From assembly GCA_003221005.1 (NCBI GenBank), contig QHTZ01000055.1:33896-49844 (forward strand): DNA of 15,949 bases, read 5' to 3'. This DNA is from Gemmatimonadota bacterium. GTDB lineage: Bacteria > Gemmatimonadota > Gemmatimonadetes > Gemmatimonadales > GWC2-71-9. The notes under the pieces are model-generated. The model saw only the letters and a list, made by a program, of their open reading frames with translations, was not told where the DNA came from and did not search any database. The position numbers and the translations under genes were made by a program. Shown in pieces: positions 1 through 7,411 of the stretch (within the stretch, counting starts at the first letter, position 1; every line of letters begins with the position of its first letter).

Positions 1-793
1 CGCGCCCGCGGGCGAGCCCGCCCTCGGGCCGGTGGCATTCATGCATCGCCCGTCGGCCGAGAACGATCCCTTCGCGCCGATTTCGCATCACTGGCAGGAC
101 GCCACCCACATAACGTTCGGCGTCGTGACCGCCGGACTATTCACCCGGTCGGTGAAGCTCGAGGGGTCCTGGTTCAACGGTCGTGAACCGGACCAAAATC
201 GCTCCAGGCTAGAATACCGTAACCCCGATTCTTATAGCGCGCGCGTCACCGTCAACCCGGGGTCGCGCTGGAGCGTGTCGGCATGGTACGCCCACATCAA
301 CCGGCCGGAGGGGGGATTCCTCCCCAACATCCGCAAGTATGGAGTGTCCGTACTCACCACGCAGTCGTGGCGCAAGAGCGGGCACTGGGCGAGCGCGCTG
401 ATTTGGGGCGCGAACGCCCCGATCATTTACGAGACGGGGTCGAGCAGTTTCTTGCTGGAATCCAACCTCGATCTTGACGGAGTGAACGCCATCTTCGCTC
501 GTGCCGAGTACGTCAAGAAGCAGGCCCACGATATCATCCCCTTGTTCCTCGGCGTGCCGCCTCGGACCCTGTACGCTCTCTCGGTACTGGCGGTCGGCTA
601 CCATCGGGTGATCCTGACCCCGGGCCGGTTGAACGTGGGCCTCGGCTTCCGCGGCGCTGTAAACTTCGTGCCGGCGAGCCTCGAGAGCTTCTACGATTCG
701 CAAACCCCGGTGGGGGGCGCAATCTACCTGACCCTGCGACCTGGCAGCGTACCTGCGGGGGGCATGATGGACATGCCGGGGATGTCGCATTAG
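1..793 (+). CDS. Conserved hypothetical protein, probable outer-membrane beta-barrel (5' partial), with Met/His-rich C-terminal tail
   Basis: The frame is open from the window edge (APAGEPALGPVAFMHRPSA...HHWQDATHITFGVVTAG), so the true start is upstream. Alternating amphipathic beta-strand pattern; ends GGMMDMPGMSH, TAG at 791-793. Confidence 0.7.
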   Translation, partial: APAGEPALGPVAFMHRPSAENDPFAPISHHWQDATHITFGVVTAGLFTRSVKLEGSWFNGREPDQNRSRLEYRNPDSYSARVTVNPGSRWSVSAWYAHINRPEGGFLPNIRKYGVSVLTTQSWRKSGHWASALIWGANAPIIYETGSSSFLLESNLDLDGVNAIFARAEYVKKQAHDIIPLFLGVPPRTLYALSVLAVGYHRVILTPGRLNVGLGFRGAVNFVPASLESFYDSQTPVGGAIYLTLRPGSVPAGGMMDMPGMSH

Positions 794-880
794 CGATACA
801 CAAGCATCGCGCGACCGGTGGTCGATGTTGCCGTGGCGGCTCGAACTGGTGGACTATTGGGACGTGAGCGGGGCGAGGTA

Positions 881-903
881 TCGCGACCCTATTCGCAACC
901 GTT
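881..903. repeat. Degenerate tandem arm-like repeat TCGCGACCCTATTCGCAACCGTT
   Basis: 17/23 match to TCGCAACTGAAATCGCAACTGTT (1042-1064 and 4871-4893), with the same 12-bp period; lies on the opposite side of the tRNA fragment at 913-958. Confidence 0.5.
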
Positions 904-912
904 TTTCTACGG

Positions 913-958
913 CGATGCGCCAGGCGGGATTCGAACCCACGACCTTCGGCTCCGGAGG
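913..958 (-). repeat. 3' half of tRNA-Arg(CCG), att-like direct repeat
   Basis: 44/46 identical to 8025-8070. Homology ends just past the anticodon loop (CTCCGGAGG). The two differences are a compensatory T-stem pair. Confidence 0.9.
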
Positions 959-1064
959 GCGAGTTGGTCGGCGGTACGCAACGCCAGCCAACGTCGTATC
1001 AGCAGGTTAGCGCCAGCCAGCGCCGGTGGGCAACGCCCCCGTCGCAACTGAAATCGCAACTGTT
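941..1064. mobile_element. att-like end module Y, copy 1: tRNA core, IHF-like site (997-1009), tandem TCGCAACTG repeats (1040-1064)
   Basis: Colinear with 4767-4893 (by hand: 29 mismatches over 124 bp plus one 3-bp indel). The terminal 25 bp CGTCGCAACTGAAATCGCAACTGTT are identical. TATCAGCAGGTTA fits the IHF consensus WATCARNNNNTTR. Confidence 0.75.
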
Positions 1065-1151
1065 CGCGGCGCCGCCGCGGGCGGCGACGTCGAGCGAAGA
1101 TTGCCAGCGGCGCGCGTGCATCGTCGCTACCATGAGTCACCGCATTGGTCG

Positions 1152-1179
1152 TCACGGACCGGCAAACAAGTGGCAAACA
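1152..1179. repeat. Module X, copy 1: TCACGGACCGGCAAAC followed by a second GGCAAAC
   Basis: 16 bp identical to 5641-5656. Both copies continue with a second TGGCAARCA. Confidence 0.7.
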
Positions 1180-1383
1180 TCTGGCCGCCGGTGTGGGTGC
1201 CCCTGAGGGCTAGGGCTTGACAGGGGGCAGGCGAAGCCGTGGATCGGGATCTGCCACGCGCGCCTCAATGGGCGGCAAGGGCCGCGCCCACGAAGGTGCT
1301 GTACGTGGAGCACTACACCCGCGGTCCACACGTCCCCATCTTGCAGCGATCCTTCACCAACTCAAGCGCTCAAAGGGCCCAGC

Positions 1384-3096
1384 GTGATAGATGTGGGACG
1401 TGGCATAGACATGGGCGATCCCGCCGTCTTCCGCTCGGTTGTCGAAAAGCTCATGAGGACGCTGGGTGAGAAGTGGATCAGGGATCGGTTGGCCAAACTA
1501 TTGCGTAGCTCGAAGGCACCGCTCCCCAGAGACGAGGGATCGCGGTTGCTGGGTGCGCTGGCAGAGTACCCCGACATGCTCCGCGCCCTTGAGGCGGGAC
1601 AGGCACCCCGAGATCCCCACCTGCAGCTGTCTCTCGGGACGGTCGCTCGGGTGGTCTCGGAGTGTTCAGCGGTGCCCGGGGGTAAACGCTTGAGAAGAAG
1701 GCTCCGCCGCCACGCCCAGGCCGACCGGTGGGCCGAGTTCTTTGACACGCTCTTCGAAGGTGAGGCGGCGCTCTACTGGCGCAACCAGATGCAGGCGCGC
1801 GTGGAGTTCCCCGCCAAGGATCATCCGGACTTTCTCGCCGCCGTGAGCCTCGTCGGACACGAATTCTTCATACCGAACGAGTGCAAGCGGATTGAACCGG
1901 TGGAGAAGCGCGAATCCGAACTCGAGCAATTCGCTGCTGCACTGGATCCGGACGTACACGCGTGGGTTGTGGGCCATGCCCCGGTCAAGGTCGTAGTCTG
2001 GCTTCATGAGGAGGCAGCACGGATCTCACGAGTGGAGGTTGTAGGGCTGATAACCGACTTGGCCGCAAAGGCGGTAGAGCCCTCTGTTGGTGTGCGCTGG
2101 CTCACGGCGTCACACCCGAAGGGACTGTTCCAGGTGAGTGTCGCGAGTGCCGGCAAGGATGGAGAGGTCAAGGAGCGGCCGATTAAGATCAACGACATTC
2201 CTGCGGTGGGACCCCTCTTGGTGCGCACGAAGAGCGTCTATCGCGGTCAGCCACAGGATCCGGTCAGCCTCGTATACGCCGTGAGCGTCCGATCAGACGC
2301 CTTGCCCAATCGGATCGGCGCCCTCGAACGCAACCTCAATGAGGCGGTTGCGCAGGTCGCCGTCTCGACCACAAAGGCGCCTGGCGTCGTGAACGTTAGA
2401 ATCCGCCCTCCCCGAGCGTTGGGTGATCTCTATGAGGCGGACGCCATCGTGCGCCGCGTCTTGCGATCACTAGATGCAGAGCACATCGCGCTGGCAGTGC
2501 TCTTTTGGAACGAGAGCGAGCGGGAGGAGGGGGATTGGCAACAAGTGGAAGGCCAATCCCAGCGAGTCGTAACGGTCGGCTACGGTCTCATCCCGTATTT
2601 CATCGCCCACGGGCGCGCTCCGATCGACTTTTCGCCCATCGACTCGAGGGCGAGTCGTTTTGGTTCGGCAGCGGCCATACGAGATCCCGAGACCGGGTCG
2701 ATGGTTCCGGTGGACAGTCAGTTCTTCGAACAGTTGGAGCGCACACCGATGGTCGCAGGAGACCCTACAAGAAAGGAACCGGGAGCATGGATGTACTTCG
2801 AACTGGAGCAGCCGTTTCCAGAAGGGATCACCCGCCAAGCCATTCAGCCCATAAAGGCCGAGGGCCGGATTTTCCTTCCTATCTTCGATGATCAACAACA
2901 CGTTCGATTTGTCGAGTTTGTGGGGCGTGAGCCGGTTTGCGTCGCGACACTAGATCTCCGGGCTTGGCAGGGGCAAAGGGAGTTCTTGTTCACCGTACGA
3001 TGGGACGACGACCGGTGGAGTGTGAGTTCCCCTACGCCGGACGAGACCGCGCAAATCGTGGCGTTGAGTAGCCCTCTTAGGCCGGTGTTCCCGTAG
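1384..3096 (+). CDS. Hypothetical protein with PD-(D/E)XK nuclease-like motif (possible defence protein)
   Basis: 570-aa ORF (start could be ATG 1411). It contains FE.E...HPDF...ECKR (nt ~1755-1890), a restriction-endonuclease-fold signature. No family recognised. Confidence 0.6.
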   Translation: MIDVGRGIDMGDPAVFRSVVEKLMRTLGEKWIRDRLAKLLRSSKAPLPRDEGSRLLGALAEYPDMLRALEAGQAPRDPHLQLSLGTVARVVSECSAVPGGKRLRRRLRRHAQADRWAEFFDTLFEGEAALYWRNQMQARVEFPAKDHPDFLAAVSLVGHEFFIPNECKRIEPVEKRESELEQFAAALDPDVHAWVVGHAPVKVVVWLHEEAARISRVEVVGLITDLAAKAVEPSVGVRWLTASHPKGLFQVSVASAGKDGEVKERPIKINDIPAVGPLLVRTKSVYRGQPQDPVSLVYAVSVRSDALPNRIGALERNLNEAVAQVAVSTTKAPGVVNVRIRPPRALGDLYEADAIVRRVLRSLDAEHIALAVLFWNESEREEGDWQQVEGQSQRVVTVGYGLIPYFIAHGRAPIDFSPIDSRASRFGSAAAIRDPETGSMVPVDSQFFEQLERTPMVAGDPTRKEPGAWMYFELEQPFPEGITRQAIQPIKAEGRIFLPIFDDQQHVRFVEFVGREPVCVATLDLRAWQGQREFLFTVRWDDDRWSVSSPTPDETAQIVALSSPLRPVFP

Positions 3097-3172
3097 CCTG
3101 TACCCTAATCGCGGCCGCGCTCTGAGGGTACGGAAAGGCGCATTATCGTAGTCATCTTCAGGGCCGGCTCAT

Positions 3173-3213
3173 GGACCAGAAGGTCCCGGGTTCAAATCCC
3201 GGCGCCCCGACTA
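3173..3213 (+). repeat. 3' half of a tRNA-Pro (att-like fragment)
   Basis: GGACCAGAAGGTCCCGGGTTCAAATCCCGGCGCCCCGACTA versus resident tRNA-Pro GGACCAGGAGGTCGGAGGTTCAAATCCTCTCGCCCCGACTA. The T-arm is intact (CCGGG/CCCGG). No 5' half or D-arm. Confidence 0.75.
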
Positions 3214-3382
3214 TGGAAGTCGTTGCAACTAGTCCCGAGCTGGACGAGCAACCCACGTGCTCCACCGCCCCGATCCGCGCGCCAATTCGAGCGCAACCCT
3301 GGGGCTCCCCGCGGCCCCTGCTTGATACCTACTTGACTGGCCCGGCCGATCTTGCAAGCATACGACCAGCCTCGGAGACACG

Positions 3383-4648
3383 ATGCGTCCTGCGATTCTG
3401 CTTCTTTTTTCCGCATGCATTGGATGCGATCTCAACGAGACTCCACACGAGCCGACGTTCTTCTTCAGCGCGTACCCACGCGGCACGACGGTGGGGGCTG
3501 TTCTCACCCCGACGCCTCAGGTCCGGATCCTGGATTGGACGGGCTACCTGGACTCCAACGCGACCGACCTCATCACCATCAGCCTCTCTGGGAACCCCGG
3601 GGGAGGAACGCTTTCCGGCGCTACGACCGTGGCTGCGGCGAACGGTGTCGCGACCTTTCCGAACCTGAGCATTGACAAGCAAGGGGAGGGGTACGTGCTG
3701 ACCGCGGCACCAAGAGTATTGCCTGCCTCCAGATTCCCTGCCTTGGGCGGCGCCTTCAATGTGGCATGCGCGTGCTGGAGCAGTAAGGCGCCGATGCCGA
3801 CTGGGCGCCCCAGTCTGGGCGTTGGCGTAGCGAACGGCGTCCTTTACGCCATCGGAGGATACAGCCAAACCTCCCTGGCGACCGTCGAGGCCTATGACCC
3901 GGTGGCCAATACCTGGACGACCAAGGCACCGATGCCTACCTCGCGTTTTGCTTTGGCCGTCGGCGTCGTGAACGGCGTCGTCTACGCCATCGGTGGATTC
4001 AACTACAGCAGCGGTCTGATCCTACCGAGCGTCGCCTACGATCCGGTGGCGAACAGCTGGACGACCAAGGCGCCGATGCCCACCCCGCGCTCGGGTTTAG
4101 CAGTGGGCGTCGTGAACGGCGTTCTGTACGCCGTGGGAGGCGATAGTGGTGCTGCCGAAATACCCGTCGGGACGACAGAGGCTTACGACCCGTCGACGAA
4201 CAGTTGGACGACCAAGCCGTCGATGCCCACCCCGCGTTCCGGTTTGGCTGTTGGCGTGGTGAGCGGCGTCCTCTACGCCGTCGGCGGAACCGATGGAAAC
4301 TACTACCCCTCTGTATACGGCCCCCCCCTGACGACCGTCGAAGCCTATGACCCGGTGACAAACAGCTGGACGACCAAGGCGCCGATGCCGACCCCGCGTT
4401 ACGGTTTGGCGGTTGGCGTGGTGAGCGGCTTCCTCTACGCCGTCGGAGGCAGCGGCCCGACGGGGACCGTCGCGGTCTACGATCCGGCGGCGAATAGCTG
4501 GACGAGCAGGGGACCGATGCTGACGTCGCGGACCTCCCTGGGTGCCGGCGTTGTGAACGGCGTCCTGTACGCCGTCGGCGGATTACCCCTTTACAACGGC
4601 GCTGCCCTCGCGACCCTTGAGGCCTACGACCCGGCTCAGGACCGTTGA
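3383..4648 (+). CDS. Secreted/lipoprotein Kelch-repeat (six-bladed beta-propeller) protein with N-terminal Ig-like segment
   Basis: Signal-like N-terminus with a possible lipobox (MRPAILLLFSACIGC). The NGVATFPNLSIDK..GYVLTA segment is Ig-like. Six repeats of W..KAPMPT.R.GLAVGVVNGVLYAVGG...EAYDP. Confidence 0.9.
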   Translation: MRPAILLLFSACIGCDLNETPHEPTFFFSAYPRGTTVGAVLTPTPQVRILDWTGYLDSNATDLITISLSGNPGGGTLSGATTVAAANGVATFPNLSIDKQGEGYVLTAAPRVLPASRFPALGGAFNVACACWSSKAPMPTGRPSLGVGVANGVLYAIGGYSQTSLATVEAYDPVANTWTTKAPMPTSRFALAVGVVNGVVYAIGGFNYSSGLILPSVAYDPVANSWTTKAPMPTPRSGLAVGVVNGVLYAVGGDSGAAEIPVGTTEAYDPSTNSWTTKPSMPTPRSGLAVGVVSGVLYAVGGTDGNYYPSVYGPPLTTVEAYDPVTNSWTTKAPMPTPRYGLAVGVVSGFLYAVGGSGPTGTVAVYDPAANSWTSRGPMLTSRTSLGAGVVNGVLYAVGGLPLYNGAALATLEAYDPAQDR

Positions 4649-4766
4649 GGTCTGGCGGCCGGGCTCAGAGCAGCGGCAACTCGAGGCCGTCCTTATGATG
4701 CCTGCCGGCTGGCCTCGATGATGGTTTCCGAGCAGCCGACCGTGCCCCAGCGCTCAAACTTACAGG

Positions 4767-4893
4767 GACCTTCGGCTTCTCCGGAGGGCGAGTGAACCGG
4801 CGTCGGGCAGCGCGCGCTAACGCCTTCTCAAGGACTTAGCGTCGGCCAGCGCCCGCAAGCAACGTCTGCGTCGCAACTGAAATCGCAACTGTT
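4767..4893. mobile_element. att-like end module Y, copy 2 (degenerate tRNA-Arg core, IHF-like site 4826-4838, tandem repeats 4869-4893)
   Basis: GACCTTCGGC(TTC)TCCGGAGGGCGAGT...TCTCAAGGACTTA...CGTCGCAACTGAAATCGCAACTGTT, homologous to 941-1064. Confidence 0.75.
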
Positions 4894-4914
4894 TTAACAG
4901 CGGCTGCCGGCTAA

Positions 4915-5490
4915 TCACCGCCAGACCGACGCCTTCTTGGCCCATGTGCTGTCCTGATACCGCTGGGTGAAGGCGCGCGCGGTGTCCTTCAGCGACGCCC
5001 CGTCACCCGTCGCTTTGTAGGGCGCGACCCCCGCCCAGTAGAGTGCCTCCGCTGCCGCATCGGTATGCGGTAGCCGCTCCACAATCTCTCGGAAGCGCCG
5101 CTCTGCGTCGGCCCACCGCTCCTGCTTGAAGGCCATGTGCGCCAGGCCGAGCATCAGTTGCGCGAGGAAGTCGTCCGCGGGAAGAAATCCCTCCACGCGG
5201 TGGCGCTCGACGCCGTCGGCATCCAGCTCGAGAATCGTCGGGGTCCATGGCGCGCTGTAGCGCTCGCCGTAGCGCTTGAAGTCCCCCGGGTTTTCTTTCA
5301 CGTGCACCCGGGCAGGCAGGAAATGCTGGTTCACGAAGCGCACCACGCGTTCATCCGGCCACACCTCGGCATCCAGCCGAGCACAGCCGCTTCACATCGG
5401 AGCGGCGCTGAAGTCGAGGAGTACTGGTTTCTGCTGGGCCTTCGCGTCATTCAGCACCTGGTCAACGTCACGGCGAAATTGGATTGGCAT
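4915..5490 (-). CDS. Thioredoxin-fold plus TPR-like protein, probable selenoprotein (U33-S-G-C), 191 aa
   Basis: Extending ORF 4915..5364 upstream in frame gives MPIQFRRDVDQVLNDAKAQQKPVLLDFSAAPM-TGA-SGCARLDAEVWPDERV...WTPTILELDADG. The TGA (5392-5394) sits at the first Cys position of the Trx CxxC, and the cis-Pro motif WTPT is present. The C-terminal half is TPR-like (AEALYWAG). Confidence 0.85.
5356..5389 (-). promoter_or_regulatory. Bacterial SECIS-like hairpin
   Basis: Directly 3' of the UGA: CGGCUGUG-CUCGGC-UGGAU-GCCGAG-GUGUGGCCG. Perfect 6-bp upper stem, G-containing 5-nt loop starting 16 nt after the UGA, and a GC/GU lower stem. Confidence 0.75.
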
Positions 5491-5640
5491 CGCATGCTCG
5501 CGGGCGGATGTGACTTCGCTCCAAGATAGCCAAGCTCACAGATCTCCGGCACCGGCCTCCAAAGACGGCGGGTCGATGCGGGCCCGCCGTTCTTGTGCTC
5601 ACGCAGGGCCGTTGGGGACCACCAAATACCTCCACGTCCA

Positions 5641-5669
5641 TCACGGACCGGCAAACGGTATGGCAAGCA
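5641..5669. repeat. Module X, copy 2
   Basis: TCACGGACCGGCAAACGGTATGGCAAGCA versus 1152-1179 TCACGGACCGGCAAACAAGTGGCAAACA. Confidence 0.7.
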
Positions 5670-5974
5670 GGTTCCGCATCCGTTGGTCAGCTTTCAGGTC
5701 TCGCCTCCGGAGCAGGGGGATGAACCCGATTCCGATTCCCTCGATCTGGTGCGACCCCGAAGGCTTCCCCGAGAGCACCGCGGATTCCGTCGGCCCCACT
5801 GCCGCAACGTATAGCTGAGGATTGGGCCTCGCAGCGCGTGCGCCGCGCTATGAATCCGCCGGTGCAATGGACACGTCGTGCGGGCCCGCGCCGATGTCGG
5901 GTAAGTCAGTCGGAGCTTGGTTTGGGACGGGTCTTGGTGGGGCGGGTGCGGACTGCGCCAGTGCAACCGCGATC

Positions 5975-7411
5975 CTAGGCATCGGGCGCAGTGGGCGGGA
6001 TGTTCTTGTTCATTCGGAACACGTTGTTCGAGTCCCACTTCGTCTTGATCTCGACGAGCCGATCGTAATTCTCCCCGTACGCGGCGTGGACACGGTCGCT
6101 TCCCTCCTCCTCGGTCAGAAAGTTGACGTACGTGCCCCCCGTCGAAAACGGGCGCAAGTCTTCCCAGGCCGCCCGCGCCCACCCGATGTTCGCCTTGTCG
6201 TCGTCGGCCCGTTCCCACGATGCCGTGATGTTGAGGACCGAGGCAGCGTCGCGGTTCCCCGCCGGGGAGTGCTCGGCCGACAGTCGGTTCAGCGCTCCGT
6301 CGATCGGGAAGACCAGGATTGCGGAGTGGGGCGACGGGATCCGCTTCGCGTGCTCGATGACCTTGGCAAGCATGTCGGGCTCATGCCGTGGCAGGTACTC
6401 TGACTTCCAATAGTACCGCCTGCCCTTCGGTTGAGTCGCGTCGAGCAGGCTCTGCTGCGACACATATGGTCGCCACTGAATGATGTCGCCCACCGGCGAA
6501 CCGAACCTTTTGATCGGGGCGACCTGCCGCTCGCCCTCCGCACGCGGGCCCGTCTGACAGACGAAGATCGCCACGATGGGCTTGCCGTGGATCTCCTTGG
6601 GCAACCATGGCGCTGGCGGGGCGTTGCGCAGGACGGCGACGCAAGTGAGTTCGGGCGGCGCCTGCGCGGTCACGGTGCGGTACATCTCGAGCACCTCGTG
6701 CGCGTCCTCCGCGCGCCACGCCATGGCCCCCGCCATTACCTCCGGTCCGACGGGGTGAAGCTTGTATTCGAAGCTCGTCACGACCCCGAAATTGCCGCCT
6801 CCACCCCGCAGGCCCCAGAAGAGGTCGTGGTTCTCCCGGGCGCTCGCCCGCACAAACCGCCCGTCTGCCGTGACGACGTCCATCGAGAGCACATTATCGC
6901 AACTCCAGCCGAACCGGCGCGTGAGGTAGCCAAAGCCCCCCCCGAGCGTGAGCCCGGCAATGCCCGTGGTCGAAAGGAAGCCGAGGACTGCGGCCAGGCC
7001 GTGGAGCTGGGTCTCGCGGTCCAGGTCACCTAAGAGACAGCCAGCCTGGGCACGCGCCGTGCGCGCCGTCGAATCCACCCATACGCCACGCATGAGCGAC
7101 AGGTCGACCATCAGTCCGCCGTCGCAGACCGCGAGACCGGAGATGTTGTGCCCACCACCCTTGATCGAAACGGTGACGCCGTGCTCGCGAGCGAAGTTCA
7201 CGCACGTCACGACGTCGGCGACGCCGAGGCAGCGCGCGATGAGTGCAGGCCGACGGTCGATCATGGCATTCCAGATGGCCCGCCCGTCGTCGTAGCCAGG
7301 GTCGCCGGGGAGCAAGAGCGCTCCCCGCAGGTGGCCCCTGAGGTCCTCGACGGTGTTTCGCTCGAGCGTGACGACGGTGCCTTCGCTCGTCCTCACTGCC
7401 ACGCTTGTCAC
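5975..7411 (-). CDS. FAD-binding oxidoreductase, BBE/VAO-PCMH family (6-hydroxy-D-nicotine oxidase-like)
   Basis: WNAMIDRRPALIARC, KGGGHN (FAD-linking His), GIAGLTLGGGFG, DLFWGLRGGGGNFGVVT, and the C-terminal BBE motif YVNF...YGENYDRLVEIKTKWD.NNVFR. The start is uncertain; GTG 7411 preferred over 7507. Confidence 0.92.
   Translation of the reverse strand: MTSVAVRTSEGTVVTLERNTVEDLRGHLRGALLLPGDPGYDDGRAIWNAMIDRRPALIARCLGVADVVTCVNFAREHGVTVSIKGGGHNISGLAVCDGGLMVDLSLMRGVWVDSTARTARAQAGCLLGDLDRETQLHGLAAVLGFLSTTGIAGLTLGGGFGYLTRRFGWSCDNVLSMDVVTADGRFVRASARENHDLFWGLRGGGGNFGVVTSFEYKLHPVGPEVMAGAMAWRAEDAHEVLEMYRTVTAQAPPELTCVAVLRNAPPAPWLPKEIHGKPIVAIFVCQTGPRAEGERQVAPIKRFGSPVGDIIQWRPYVSQQSLLDATQPKGRRYYWKSEYLPRHEPDMLAKVIEHAKRIPSPHSAILVFPIDGALNRLSAEHSPAGNRDAASVLNITASWERADDDKANIGWARAAWEDLRPFSTGGTYVNFLTEEEGSDRVHAAYGENYDRLVEIKTKWDSNNVFRMNKNIPPTAPDA

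Noticed and set aside
1217-1245. TTGACA as a promoter for the 570-aa gene
   Set aside because: No credible -10 hexamer at 16-18 bp spacing.
3098-3133. Hairpin CTGTACCCT...AGGGTACGG after the 570-aa gene as a terminator or attC site
   Set aside because: No U-tract, no attC R/L box pattern, and no second copy.
3171-3668. 165-aa ORF starting in the tRNA-Pro fragment (and the ORFs over 818-1220)
   Set aside because: They are translations of tRNA fragments and att-like DNA, with no protein-like features.
3780-4640. Regular ~140-160-bp DNA repeats as a non-coding array
   Set aside because: Fully explained by in-frame Kelch repeats of the CDS.
5392-5394. In-frame TGA as a simple nonsense mutation or an alternative genetic code
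   Set aside because: TGA is used as a normal stop by many other genes here (mlaE, mlaF, mlaD, atpA). Its position at the CxxC Cys plus the SECIS-like hairpin favours selenocysteine, although a pseudogene is not fully excluded.
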